Below are positions 51,526 through 61,912 of a stretch of DNA of 64,000 nucleotides, piece after piece. Made by a program: the position numbers and the translations under genes. Under the pieces are notes generated by a model. The model was given only the letters and a program-made list of their open reading frames with translations. It did no database searches and was not told the origin of the DNA. Each line of letters opens with the position of its first letter. Within the stretch, counting starts at the first letter, position 1. The stretch lies in NCBI GenBank assembly GCA_000830295.1, contig CP010425.1:576001-640000 (forward strand), in the 5' to 3' direction. This DNA is from an archaeon GW2011_AR15. Lineage in GTDB: Archaea > Nanobdellota > Nanobdellia > Woesearchaeales > GW2011-AR15.

Positions 51526-52854
51526 ATGGGAGCCATAGACCTTAACTATGAAGAATATTCTCTTGATAATGGTCTCAGGGTGGCACTGCAGAGGACGCCT
51601 ACGGAAACAGTTCACGGAAGGCTAAGGGTTTTCCACGGCGCACTGCATGAGAAAAAAGGCGAACAAGGATTGGCAAATCTTACTGAACATGTTCTTGTAA
51701 GTGGCGGCTCTGAAAATATTTCTCCTGACAAAGCAACCTTTATCAGAACGAGTTTTCCATATTTCAATGCATTCACGTATCAGATTCAGACCAAATTTTT
51801 TGTAGATATACTGCCCCAGGATACAGAAACGTTTCTTTTTTTTATCTCTGACAGTGTCTTCCGGCCAATCCCAGATATCAAAATATTCGAGATAGAGAAA
51901 CAAAGAAGCCTTCGTGAAAATGCTGATGAAAGGGGGAGCCCGATTTTCAAGCATCATGAAACATACCGGGAAGCAGCATATGGCAAAAATTCACCATATC
52001 TTCATTCTACTATAGGAAAATATGAGGATATAGCCTCAGCAACAATAGAAAAAGCAATGAATTTTCATTCGCGTGGGTACAGTCCGAATAATGCAGACCT
52101 GATACTTATCGGAAACCTTCCAGAAGATACGGAGAAGATGATTGGAAGATATTTTGGAACAATACCAAGGGGAAATGGGGAAAGGCTGGTTATGCCGGGA
52201 AGCCCTTCTATAAAAGGTCCAAAAATGCTTCATTTCTATGCTCCCGACCTATATGATCACGGCAATCCTGAAGAGAGCAATGCAGGGATAAATATGATAT
52301 TTTCTGCTCCGCATGAAAAAGAAAAAGATAGTGTTGATGCTATGGTGCTTGCAGCCCTGCTTGTAGGGAACATGGATTCGAGATTGTTCAAAACCATAAG
52401 TCAAGAAAATGGATTGGCATATGACTTCAACGGAGGGTATGATGGATCACATAATGCCGGATTCATACATTTTGGTGGAAAAGTACATGCACCGAGGATA
52501 GATAGAGCAATAGAATTGATTTTTGAGGAGATGTCAAAATTGAAGAGCGAACTTGTCCCCAAAATATCTTTGTTGGGACTAAAGAGAAATATGATGTATA
52601 ATATCGCAAAAATTTTTGAGACAAACGAAGGTCGTTTGGGAGCAATAGAAAATTATTGGGACACAGATATGACTCCAGAAATAGCCCTGGCAAATATGGA
52701 TAAAATCACGCCCGAAAGCATAAGGGAGGCAGCAAACAAATACCTCCCGTCAGGCAGGGCTACAGGCAATTATGTCCTGATGATAAGGGACCCGCTTAAA
52801 GGCAGCACGGTGGAGCCGGAAATCAGCAAGGAATATATATCAGAGCATAGATAA
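51526..52854 (+). CDS. M16 (pitrilysin) family peptidase with altered zinc motif
   Basis: LDNGLRV, GLANLTEH (HxxEH variant), NAFT, YSPNNA, SRLF..ENGLAY. Confidence 0.88.
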   Translation: MGAIDLNYEEYSLDNGLRVALQRTPTETVHGRLRVFHGALHEKKGEQGLANLTEHVLVSGGSENISPDKATFIRTSFPYFNAFTYQIQTKFFVDILPQDTETFLFFISDSVFRPIPDIKIFEIEKQRSLRENADERGSPIFKHHETYREAAYGKNSPYLHSTIGKYEDIASATIEKAMNFHSRGYSPNNADLILIGNLPEDTEKMIGRYFGTIPRGNGERLVMPGSPSIKGPKMLHFYAPDLYDHGNPEESNAGINMIFSAPHEKEKDSVDAMVLAALLVGNMDSRLFKTISQENGLAYDFNGGYDGSHNAGFIHFGGKVHAPRIDRAIELIFEEMSKLKSELVPKISLLGLKRNMMYNIAKIFETNEGRLGAIENYWDTDMTPEIALANMDKITPESIREAANKYLPSGRATGNYVLMIRDPLKGSTVEPEISKEYISEHR

Positions 52855-52861
52855 ATATGCT

Positions 52862-53410
52862 ATGCAGAAATTTCTCAGATTTCCTACATTGAGCTATCCA
52901 AAGCTTACTCTTCTTGTGCTCAGCTACATTCTCACTTACCTCCTTTTCATCAATGGTAGTTTCTCAGCACTCAGCGGCATAATCCACCTCCTTGGGTATA
53001 TAGGGGTGTTTATAGCAGGCATATTCTATTCATATGGGCTCACATCAGGACTTATAACTCCTGTAATCTTCCTTATGGCAAAAAGCCTGAATATCTTTGT
53101 AGCAGGATTCATAGGGGGGCTTGGCTCTTTGGTTGGAGATCTTCTTATATTTGAATTCATAAAAGTTGGATTTAGCGACGAGATACAGAAGCTCGGCCAT
53201 GAAAAACTGCTGATGAAGATAAAGATGCCCGTGATAGTCAGAAGCTATCTTGCCATTATAGTGGGAGCAATAATAATAGCTTCGCCGCTTCCTGACGAGC
53301 TCGGTGTCAGCATAATGGCAATGTCACATATATCAATAAGAAATTTCATTTTCATGGACTATCTGCTCAACACCTCAGGCATACTCTTCATACTATTTCT
53401 TGGCCTTTGA
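52862..53410 (+). CDS. Hypothetical multi-pass membrane protein
   Basis: GDLLIF..IASPLPDELG, about 5 TM helices. Confidence 0.75.
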   Translation: MQKFLRFPTLSYPKLTLLVLSYILTYLLFINGSFSALSGIIHLLGYIGVFIAGIFYSYGLTSGLITPVIFLMAKSLNIFVAGFIGGLGSLVGDLLIFEFIKVGFSDEIQKLGHEKLLMKIKMPVIVRSYLAIIVGAIIIASPLPDELGVSIMAMSHISIRNFIFMDYLLNTSGILFILFLGL

Positions 53411-54016
53411 GGGCTTGCTGTATTTAAGAAATTCTCTGGTTGCGGCAGCCCTATTGATTTCTTCTGTGTATTTCTGGAACTGTTCTATGTTTTCATCTGT
53501 AATAACATCTTTCCTGAGCAGCAGTTCATACTGAAACCCAAACATTGTCTCATGGGGGAAAACGCTCCTTACAAGGCTCATTTTTTTACTTTCAGTATTC
53601 ATGACAGATAGAGTGATTGTGTATGCGTCATCGAAATCCAAACGGTTAGTGGGTCTTGGGCGATTAGTTTTATTCTTTGAGGCACGTACATCCAGCTGGT
53701 AGGTGCATATAACCAATTCTTCTTTTATAGGAAAACGCTCAAACTTTGCATCTTTTCTTATAATCCTCTCAAGAAGGGAATTCCTGTCCCTGGTTTCTTT
53801 AAATCCCTCATTGTCTACAGTTGAGCCGTCCGGAAATACAATCTTTCCTGCAATAGAATTAATATTATCCTCATCATAATTAGGGCTCATATACTCAGTG
53901 AATTTCTCAGACTCCAGGTACCTTCTTGCATTAAGCATAGCCAAAGCAGCCCTGCCGAAAGAATCAAATTGCACATCCCTAAGGTCAGGATAATGGCCCG
54001 TATATTTTTTGTCCAT
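53393..54016 (-). CDS. Hypothetical protein
   Basis: 207-aa ORF filling the gap. Confidence 0.6.
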   Translation of the reverse strand: MDKKYTGHYPDLRDVQFDSFGRAALAMLNARRYLESEKFTEYMSPNYDEDNINSIAGKIVFPDGSTVDNEGFKETRDRNSLLERIIRKDAKFERFPIKEELVICTYQLDVRASKNKTNRPRPTNRLDFDDAYTITLSVMNTESKKMSLVRSVFPHETMFGFQYELLLRKDVITDENIEQFQKYTEEINRAAATREFLKYSKPSKAKK

Positions 54017-54172
54017 TTTAATCGTCTATTTATTGAGGTGAACTGCAAGTTATTTATAAAATTAGTTTTAAAATAGAAATGAAGTAACTCCTTTATAGTA
54101 GTAAAAAATAGAAAGATTTATATACCCTGCAGCCATTATCCTCTTAAAATCAATTGAAAAAGAGGTAGAAAA

Positions 54173-54772
54173 ATGAGAAAACAGCCAGAACCTGCAAGCT
54201 TTGCAATAGTGCATGCGCCAGAACTTAACCCTTCCCTTGAAGAGCTTGTCCTCCACAGGGCAGGAGAATATATTGTTGTGGATGGAGACCAGGTAGCAGC
54301 CAAAGCATTCCGTGATCCTCTTAATCTTTTCAAAGAATCACCTTTTTCAGGATATCCCCACTTTTCAGTTTCTTCATATAATCAAAGGGATGCTGTGCAG
54401 ATTACTGTTGAGGAAGCGCTGAATCTCGGAGTGGAAACTCTTGGAAATGTTCCCCTTGAAAAAATTTACGAGACAACACTGGAGATACTTACAGGAATAG
54501 GGAAAAGGGTCATAGCCCCGGACCAGAGAAGAACGCTTTTGGAAATGATGGACAGGAGAGCATATCTGGTAAGCCTTCCTGAATATGCAGTGCCAAAGGC
54601 AGAAGAAACAAAACCTGCGCCAAAACAAAGCAGGCCATTTGAACTTTGTGATCCCAAAGAAATTGAGGCAATGCTCAGGAACAGCAAAGGCATGGGGGAG
54701 CATTACAATATGATAATGCCCAATTATAGCATGCCACCACCAAGGATTGCAATCAGCCCAACCAATAGATAA
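54173..54772 (+). CDS. Hypothetical protein
   Basis: GAGGT RBS; 199 aa. Confidence 0.65.
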   Translation: MRKQPEPASFAIVHAPELNPSLEELVLHRAGEYIVVDGDQVAAKAFRDPLNLFKESPFSGYPHFSVSSYNQRDAVQITVEEALNLGVETLGNVPLEKIYETTLEILTGIGKRVIAPDQRRTLLEMMDRRAYLVSLPEYAVPKAEETKPAPKQSRPFELCDPKEIEAMLRNSKGMGEHYNMIMPNYSMPPPRIAISPTNR

Positions 54773-54799
54773 TTTTTCTTATTTTATGAGACGAGAAAA

Positions 54800-56188
54800 A
54801 TGCCAATAACAAAAAAATCACAATTAGTGCCGGGAGGGATGTACAGAGCAATCTCTCCTGCAGAATTCTTCATTGAGGTATATGATAGTATATCTAACAG
54901 ACTGTCTGCAATTGTCAGCAACCTGTTTGACCAGTACAAAATTTTTATGAAAGGCAGTGAAAACCATAACGTAAGGGAGGAGATTATAGACCTTCTTTTC
55001 GTGGGGGATTATGAGGAAGCAAAAGAGCTGCTGAAAACAGAAATACAGGATAAGAGACTGGCAGAATACATGGGGCTGCCAAAGCTCAAAGAAATCTTTG
55101 ATAATAAATTGATGGAGACTGCCGTGCCAATGCTTATATCAGAAGGAGATGTGTCAACTCTTTATGATGAGTTCCGTAGAGATGAAGCAAGAAAACTTAT
55201 GGAAAAACTTACACCAAAGATTGCGCAGGAATATGGAGTTAGCCATGAGATTGCAATGAAAGCGCTGGAGATATCGCTGAATGTTGACGACGGAATTGGG
55301 GATTCTCATGGAAGAGCCACAGAATTCCTGTATCAGAACACAGAAAAAATGCCTGAAAATCCCTCTCTTTTGCCTCAGTTTCCGTATTCAGAGTACGATG
55401 CTGTAATCAAGTCCCGTATTCTTGACGAGCTTGAAAATTCTCTTGGAATAGATGAAGACGGCAATATAGGTGACGTGCCCCAATCTCAAAGAAAATTCAG
55501 CATAACCAGCGGCTATAACAGTTACGATAATCACAGTCCTCTTAAACGTGGAAAAATGTATGCTGCATATAGGCCGGAGCAGATTAATGATATTGGGCTG
55601 GAGACCAGAATAAATAATGGCAATGGCCACAACAGCGAGCCGAGGAAAGGGAGGATTGAAAGAGTCGAGGGAGATGTGCTTCTGATTCCATTAGTTTCAA
55701 GAGCAGAAAAATATTTCAGTCTTATATCTTCACCAGAAGAAAAAATAATAGCCGGCATGCCGTATGAGACAGCTAAGCAGTTTTATATGCTTGTTTGCGA
55801 AGGAAAGATCGAAGAAGCATATAATTTATTTGTGAGAGAAAGCAGCATACAAATTAAACCCGAACACGTACAGAGGGAATATGAGGATTACAAGAACTTT
55901 TTTAATGGAGAAAATCCACATGTTTCTGAGGCATTGCAGCTGCACGAAGAAGATGTGCCGCTATATTCAGCAATTGACCTCGGTATTGTTGAGATGTCGG
56001 TTCTCAGAATAGCCAGAGCAGAAGCCTCTGTCAACGGCTCTATAAAGCCAGTGAATATGGTTTCCAACCAAAAGGTGAAGATACATCTTGGGAAAATTGA
56101 AGCCGTCTACATTGTTCACCAAGGCCCTATAACAGAAGAATACAGCGCGAAGATAGCAGAATTCCTTGCACAACCTTCTTTAGTCTAG
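54800..56188 (+). CDS. Hypothetical protein
   Basis: 462-aa acidic ORF; no recognised motif. Confidence 0.7.
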   Translation: MPITKKSQLVPGGMYRAISPAEFFIEVYDSISNRLSAIVSNLFDQYKIFMKGSENHNVREEIIDLLFVGDYEEAKELLKTEIQDKRLAEYMGLPKLKEIFDNKLMETAVPMLISEGDVSTLYDEFRRDEARKLMEKLTPKIAQEYGVSHEIAMKALEISLNVDDGIGDSHGRATEFLYQNTEKMPENPSLLPQFPYSEYDAVIKSRILDELENSLGIDEDGNIGDVPQSQRKFSITSGYNSYDNHSPLKRGKMYAAYRPEQINDIGLETRINNGNGHNSEPRKGRIERVEGDVLLIPLVSRAEKYFSLISSPEEKIIAGMPYETAKQFYMLVCEGKIEEAYNLFVRESSIQIKPEHVQREYEDYKNFFNGENPHVSEALQLHEEDVPLYSAIDLGIVEMSVLRIARAEASVNGSIKPVNMVSNQKVKIHLGKIEAVYIVHQGPITEEYSAKIAEFLAQPSLV

Positions 56189-56248
56189 GGAAAAATTATT
56201 TAAACTCAGCAACTTCTAATTCTATAAAAAGTAGGTGAACCTGTCTTT

Positions 56249-58903
56249 ATGAAGAAATACGCATATATCGCAGTGCTAATACTTGTGTTTATACTTGCAT
56301 CTGTCTCTGTATATGCTGATGACACTGATTCTGACGGCCTTGATGACGGCTGGGAGATAGGGTATTTCGGCAACCTCCTGCAGACCAGCTCAGGCGATTT
56401 TGAGCCTGACGGCCTGACAAACCTTGAGGAATTCACGCTAACTACAAACCCGAAAGTAGCAGACACAGATGGCGATACTTATTCTGACTGGGAGGAAGCA
56501 GTCCAGGGAAGCAACCCCAATGATGCTAACAGCATCCCTGCAGGAAACATACTTAATATAACCCTGATTAAGCCTAAATTTGTAGTTTCGCCTGTAAAGA
56601 CTTTTGAGCTGCAGATATCCACTCAGAATTCCTCCCAGTGCAAGTACAGCGCCTCCCCCAATGTATTATATGATGATATAGACAACACAAACCAGTTCTT
56701 CACTGCAAGCAACGGAGGGAAAACACACACAATATCTGATTTCCGCCTTGATGCGCAGGATAATTTTGTAGTCCCGATTTATGTGAAATGCAGAATAGAC
56801 TCAAACGGGTTCATAAATGACAACTCGCCGTATGAGATTTCTCTAAGCGTTGATACAACCCCGCCGAAAATAAACTCATTGTATGCAAGCCCCAACCCGG
56901 TCATCGAAAACCTTGATGTCGACCTGATTGCAGTAACGGACGACCCGGCAATATGCAAATATTTTGCAAATAACATTACACTTGCAGATATACAAAGCGT
57001 TTCAGCAGGAGCAAAAATATCAGATTTCAACACTACAAGCACAAGGCATCTTTCAAAAGACACCACTCCGAAAATTGAAGACAAGAAAAGCTACCTTTTC
57101 CATGCAATATGCATGAACAGGGCAGAGCAGGCAACAACAGCAGACGTCAATTTTTCAGTCGACCTTTCAATAAGCAACAGGATAACCCAGAAAAGCCCAT
57201 CAGGCTACATAAATGTCAAAAACACCCAGCTGAAGCTTGTCACAAACAAGCTTGCGACATGCAAATACGGCCAGGGATTCATCAATAATTTCCCTCAGTC
57301 AAACACAAACAACCATTACATTGACCTTACAGAGCTGAATGAGACGTCATACAGCTTTCCCGTACTCTGTACCTTCAGCGATGCAGGCACCCTTTCTGAT
57401 ACAGTATCATTTACAGTTGACACAACACCCCCCTCATCACTGGTGATTAATTCACCAACCCAAAGCTGCTCCCAGGACAGGCTGAGCGTTTCAATGTCAG
57501 CATCAGACACAGCAGGCAATATATCTGGTTTTGATGTAAGGCTTGTTGATGCACTTGATGCAGTGCTGTTCCATATAAACACCGTCTCCACTAATGTGAA
57601 TGCCACGAATCTCTCCCTTGCAGTGGGAAGCACATATTCTTGGGAAGTATCTGCCTTTGACAGGGCAGGCAACAACCTGACTGAAAGGAGTTCAGGGACA
57701 ACAATATTCAGCAGCAATGACACAGTATGCCTCCAGAACCAGGGCCCCCGGATCACAGTTCTTTCCACGCTTACTGAAAACGGGATCTCTGTAAGGCTGG
57801 AATGCATCGATAATGACGGGGTATGCGCAAACATATCCTATCTTGTTTCAGATTCAGCATCATGCACAGGAGATTATCAGGAATATGATGTATTTTCAAA
57901 AATAATCGTATCAGAAGAGTCAACGCTATGCTATACTGCTGCAGACAACCAGGGCACTGAAGTTACAGGCTCAAGACTGGTGAAATACGAGGCGTGCACT
58001 TCAGAGTTCTGCTGCCTTGAACAGCAGGGATATGTGTGCGAAGACAGTGACTGCACTCTTGTTGAAGATGTGCAGTGCGTTCCTGAGAACAAGGACACTG
58101 ACCTTGACGGCATGCCTGATTTCTGGGAAGAGCAGTATGGATTCAATATAAACGTGGATGACTCCAGCCTGGACAAGGATGAGGACGGCCTTGCGAATGT
58201 CCAGGAATATACTTTCGGCTCAAATCCAACCCTCTCGGACACAGATGCAGACGGATATACTGACAAGGAGGAATTTGACGCAAATTCAGATGCAAATGAC
58301 AGTGCAGCCTGGCCGACAACAGGAGACCTTGACAATGACAGGATGACAGAAGGCCAGGAAAAATCCTGCGGAACAGACAGGACAAAAGCTGATGCTGACG
58401 AAGACTATGACCAGGACGGCCTTACAAATTATGATGAGTGCGTCATACACAGGACAAATGCCCTAAAGGCAGACACAGACGGGGACGGATTTGATGACAA
58501 GAAGGAAGTCGACGCAGGAACAGCTCCTGCAAACGGGAATGATTACCCCAACTCGCACTTATTCAGCATTATACTCCTGCTTCTTGGGCTTGGGCTTGTG
58601 GGATTTGGGGCAGTATCGCTTTCAAAAAAATCCGCTTCAAGGCCCAGCATGTCGCCAAATGTTGATTTCAGCAGCGCAAGGCAGCAGCTTTCCCAGCAGC
58701 AGCCGTCAGCACAGAAAAAAAGGCAAGGCATGAAAATTTCAGGAGAAGAGCTTGACAGGGAAATAAAAAAGAAAAGGGAACAGCTCAGGCTGAGGAAAAT
58801 GAGCTCTGTGTTTGATGAATTCGCAGAAAGCAGCCCCAGGCACGAGCAGAAAGAAGATGTCTTTGAAGAAATAGACAGGCTAAGGAAGAAAAAAGGTAAT
58901 TAA
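56249..58903 (+). CDS. Membrane-anchored surface protein with Ca-binding DxDxDG (thrombospondin type 3-like) repeats and Ig-like domains
   Basis: Signal peptide; DTDSDGLDD, DTDGDTYSD, DTDLDGMPD, DTDGDGFDD; DTTPP linkers; C-terminal TM. Confidence 0.85.
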   Translation: MKKYAYIAVLILVFILASVSVYADDTDSDGLDDGWEIGYFGNLLQTSSGDFEPDGLTNLEEFTLTTNPKVADTDGDTYSDWEEAVQGSNPNDANSIPAGNILNITLIKPKFVVSPVKTFELQISTQNSSQCKYSASPNVLYDDIDNTNQFFTASNGGKTHTISDFRLDAQDNFVVPIYVKCRIDSNGFINDNSPYEISLSVDTTPPKINSLYASPNPVIENLDVDLIAVTDDPAICKYFANNITLADIQSVSAGAKISDFNTTSTRHLSKDTTPKIEDKKSYLFHAICMNRAEQATTADVNFSVDLSISNRITQKSPSGYINVKNTQLKLVTNKLATCKYGQGFINNFPQSNTNNHYIDLTELNETSYSFPVLCTFSDAGTLSDTVSFTVDTTPPSSLVINSPTQSCSQDRLSVSMSASDTAGNISGFDVRLVDALDAVLFHINTVSTNVNATNLSLAVGSTYSWEVSAFDRAGNNLTERSSGTTIFSSNDTVCLQNQGPRITVLSTLTENGISVRLECIDNDGVCANISYLVSDSASCTGDYQEYDVFSKIIVSEESTLCYTAADNQGTEVTGSRLVKYEACTSEFCCLEQQGYVCEDSDCTLVEDVQCVPENKDTDLDGMPDFWEEQYGFNINVDDSSLDKDEDGLANVQEYTFGSNPTLSDTDADGYTDKEEFDANSDANDSAAWPTTGDLDNDRMTEGQEKSCGTDRTKADADEDYDQDGLTNYDECVIHRTNALKADTDGDGFDDKKEVDAGTAPANGNDYPNSHLFSIILLLLGLGLVGFGAVSLSKKSASRPSMSPNVDFSSARQQLSQQQPSAQKKRQGMKISGEELDREIKKKREQLRLRKMSSVFDEFAESSPRHEQKEDVFEEIDRLRKKKGN

Positions 58904-58904
58904 A

Positions 58905-59408
58905 ATCAAAAAAGCGCAGGTGTCCTCACAGGTTTTTGTATACATAATGGCTGCAATCATAGTGGCTGTTGTGCTTTTTGTCGGCTACAGGTCAGTCTCC
59001 ACAATATTGGCGGCGGCAGGAAAGGCTACAATAGATACTTTCAAATCAGACTTCAGCTATGCTGTTGAAGATGCTTCTGACAGCTACGGGAGCAGGCACA
59101 AATTTGAATTTACCCTGCCAAAAAAATTTGACAGGATATGTTTTGTCGACTCCATGAATAACGGGAGGTTCAGCATAAACCCCGACAGGATAGATAACTT
59201 TTACATAAGGCTGAGCGTCGAGGATGATGCGGAATATAACGTGTTCCTTCTCAAAGAGGAAAAGATAGAAGAAAGGTTCTATGTCCCTAGCCTTGATGTT
59301 CTTGCAGACTATATGTGCCTTGACAACCAGGGGCTTCTTGAAGTGTGGCTTGAAGGTGTGGGAGACAGGGCCTGCATGGTAAGTGCAACAGGGTCATGTT
59401 TAGGATAG
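58905..59408 (+). CDS. Class III signal peptide (pilin-like) protein
   Basis: (I)KKAQ-VSSQVFVYIMAAII; requires an ATC/ATT start upstream of the ORF-track GTG at 58920. Confidence 0.75.
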   Translation: MKKAQVSSQVFVYIMAAIIVAVVLFVGYRSVSTILAAAGKATIDTFKSDFSYAVEDASDSYGSRHKFEFTLPKKFDRICFVDSMNNGRFSINPDRIDNFYIRLSVEDDAEYNVFLLKEEKIEERFYVPSLDVLADYMCLDNQGLLEVWLEGVGDRACMVSATGSCLG

Positions 59409-59420
59409 ATAGTATAGAAG

Positions 59421-59529
59421 ATGAAAAAAGCCCAGATAGAACAAGGTTTTAATAAAACCTTGAGCAAAACAAGTGCGGCATTCGCTTAAAGCTCAGCCCC
59501 ACAAAAAAATGAAAAAAGCCCAGATAGAA
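59421..59529 (+). mobile_element. Two-hairpin element copy H with 21-bp gene-start duplication
   Basis: ATGAAAAAAGCCCAGATAGAA at 59421 and 59509; CAAGGTTTT-AAT-AAAACCTTG, AAAACAA, GTGCGGCATTCGCT..GCTCAGCCCCAC, A tract. Confidence 0.82.
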
Positions 59530-59652
59530 ATGCAGTTCAACTATATCAGCTGGTTACGCCCGGCTGGCATGCAAAAGCAGGTTATATCTCGCCCTGCTCG
59601 ATATAACTTACTACCAAAATGAAAAAAGCCCAGATAGAAATGCAGTTCAACT
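59509..59652 (+). mobile_element. Two-hairpin element copy I with 34-bp gene-start duplication
   Basis: ATGAAAAAAGCCCAGATAGAAATGCAGTTCAACT at 59509 and 59619; CAGCTGG..CCGGCTG and GTTATATC-TCGCCCTGCTC-GATATAAC hairpins. Confidence 0.8.
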
Positions 59653-60599
59653 GGATATATGTTGCTGTAGTCGGAGTTGCGTTCCTGCTGCTGTTTCTGA
59701 GTGTCTCATCAGCAATTAAAAAGAGCTCAGAGGCAAAGATAGCATCAGGGGCAGTTGATTTTTTTGATGAGCTATTCGTAAACCTCCAGGCGTCAGATAA
59801 CACAGAAGACAGGGTATTGCTTCCCGGCATGACAGTTGAGGTAGCTGTTGATAGGGACAACTGCAATTTCTACACAATAGAAGGGACAGACCAGGAGGGG
59901 AGGTCGATAGAATTCACTCCATTTTTCAGCCCTGAGTTTATAGACAGGGAAGCGCTGGCATATACACTTGGATGGGATATCCCGTTCAGGGCATCTTATT
60001 TCCTCTATCTCACAAGCCCTGAGGTTGCCTATGTCTCGATAGGAGCACAAGCGGACCTGCCTGAGCACCTGACTTACTTTAATCTCGGCAGTGCAGGGGG
60101 GTTTGTAGACCAGAATTACAGGAAAATAAGGTTCTTTTCATCTTCATCAAACCCTGCATCATATTCCCTTGACAGTTCAGTTTCTATGATGCCTGACAGG
60201 GATGTAACCGCAGTTTTTATCCAGGGTAATACACTGAGATTCTATGAAAAAGAGGGCAGCAGATTTGTAGAAAAAGGAGAGACTTATTTTTCAGACAGGC
60301 CGACGCTGCTTGCTGCCATATATTCAGACAGCAAAGACAGCTATGAATGCAACATGATGAAATCCCTGAAGAGGCTAAATGCGCTTTCGGGAGTGATGAT
60401 AAAGAGGACGCAGGCGCTGAAGCAGCAGGCATCGTGCTCAGCAGCATATTATGACAGCGCAATTGCACACCTCCGGCAGCTTGAGGCGCAGACAGAAACA
60501 CCAGGCATAAGCTCGCTTCCGAATCTTGCAGCAATAGCAGAATCCCTTAATGGCGTGAATGAAGAGCTCAATAAAATGGCATGCCCCACAATATACTAG
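59619..60599 (+). CDS. Class III signal peptide (pilin-like) protein
   Basis: MKKAQ-IEMQFNWIYVAVVG plus hydrophobic helix. Confidence 0.8.
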   Translation: MKKAQIEMQFNWIYVAVVGVAFLLLFLSVSSAIKKSSEAKIASGAVDFFDELFVNLQASDNTEDRVLLPGMTVEVAVDRDNCNFYTIEGTDQEGRSIEFTPFFSPEFIDREALAYTLGWDIPFRASYFLYLTSPEVAYVSIGAQADLPEHLTYFNLGSAGGFVDQNYRKIRFFSSSSNPASYSLDSSVSMMPDRDVTAVFIQGNTLRFYEKEGSRFVEKGETYFSDRPTLLAAIYSDSKDSYECNMMKSLKRLNALSGVMIKRTQALKQQASCSAAYYDSAIAHLRQLEAQTETPGISSLPNLAAIAESLNGVNEELNKMACPTIY

Positions 60600-60614
60600 A
60601 GTGAGAAAAAGACA

Positions 60615-61106
60615 ATGCAGAAAAAAGCCCAGCTCCAGATAATGGAAAACATATTTGCGATAGTGATAATTGTCATAATACTTGCGATAGCGTTTGTCTT
60701 CATGGTGGCTGTTGACAGGCAGGAGCAGAGGAGCAGGGAGCAGGATATAGCAGCCTTGGATGTTGTGAAAAAATCCCAGGTCCTGAATTTCCTTCCTGAG
60801 CTGAAATGCTCAGATAACAACAACCTGGACCCTGACTGCTATGATATACTAAAGATAGAGGCATTCACGCAGCAGGTTTCAGAAGACAATTTTTACTATA
60901 GGACACTGCTCGGCAACATGAAGATCGAGATTGTAAGGTATGACCCGAGCCCCGAAGTCAACAGGGAAGTAAAAAGATGGGTTGTCTATGACAATCCAAA
61001 GGCAGAAGACAGCGGCTACACCCTTGTGCGGCTTCCTGTCCTGCTGAAAGACATTGCAGAAGACAGCGACTATTTCGGCATGATATATATGAGGGTGTAC
61101 AGATGA
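60615..61106 (+). CDS. Class III signal peptide (pilin-like) protein
   Basis: MQKKAQ-LQIMENIFAIVII. Confidence 0.8.
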   Translation: MQKKAQLQIMENIFAIVIIVIILAIAFVFMVAVDRQEQRSREQDIAALDVVKKSQVLNFLPELKCSDNNNLDPDCYDILKIEAFTQQVSEDNFYYRTLLGNMKIEIVRYDPSPEVNREVKRWVVYDNPKAEDSGYTLVRLPVLLKDIAEDSDYFGMIYMRVYR

Positions 61107-61573
61107 ACAGGAGAGCGCAGACAGAAGTCATTGGAATTGCGGTAATAGTGCTGATACTTGTAATTGCGGGAGGATTCATATTATCAAGAAACCTGAAAGA
61201 AAAATCTCCGGATACAGGCTCTTTCATTGACCCCAAAATCTCGCAGGGATTCCTCAATTCAGTAATGAAGACCAAGACAGAGAGGAATATTGTTGTTGCC
61301 GATGCGATAGCATACTGCCATGACCCCAAGAAAAGGGACCTTTGCGGAGGGGACTGCTGCAGCTATGCCCGCCAGACAATATCCAATGCGCTTGATGCCT
61401 CGCTGAAAGACTGGAAAAGGGAATATTACCTTACAATAAGGCAGGATAGTGCAACAATGATAAATGCAATCTCTTCGCAGGGGTGCGGGCTTTATTCTGA
61501 AAAGGAGCAGCCCGGATTTTATTACATACCTTCTGTTCCGCAGATAACAGTTTCTTTGTATCTGTGCAAATAG
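61103..61573 (+). CDS. Class III signal peptide (pilin-like) protein
   Basis: MNRRAQ-TEVIGIAVIV. Confidence 0.8.
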   Translation: MNRRAQTEVIGIAVIVLILVIAGGFILSRNLKEKSPDTGSFIDPKISQGFLNSVMKTKTERNIVVADAIAYCHDPKKRDLCGGDCCSYARQTISNALDASLKDWKREYYLTIRQDSATMINAISSQGCGLYSEKEQPGFYYIPSVPQITVSLYLCK

Positions 61574-61635
61574 AGATTAAACCAAAACTTTTAAATACAT
61601 AACCGCTAATAATCCAGTAATATAAAGGTGGGAAA

Positions 61636-61911
61636 ATGAATAATAAAGCGCAGTCAATTTCTATAAACACGATTGTTGTTGCAGCAATAGCACTGACAGT
61701 CATGATTCTTGTGATTCTTATAACAACAGGCAGCCTGGGGAATTTCAGGAGGTCAGCTGACCAGTGCGAGGCAAACGGCGGGGTCTGCATCAGCGTGGAC
61801 GAGATAGATGAAAAATGCGGCGACCCTGACTATGATATTATAAGAGGGGATTATGTCTGCTATAGCGGCAGGGACCCAGATCCAAATAAAGTATGTTGCG
61901 TGAGCACTTAA
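61636..61911 (+). CDS. Small pilin-like protein with 6-Cys head
   Basis: MNNKAQ-SISINTIVVAAIAL; CEANGGVC..C..C..CC. Confidence 0.8.
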   Translation: MNNKAQSISINTIVVAAIALTVMILVILITTGSLGNFRRSADQCEANGGVCISVDEIDEKCGDPDYDIIRGDYVCYSGRDPDPNKVCCVST

Positions 61912-61912
61912 G

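Noticed and set aside
59421-59652. CRISPR-like repeat-spacer array
   Set aside because: The repeats are the start of the downstream CDS, have unequal lengths, and are separated by 67-76 bp structured elements.
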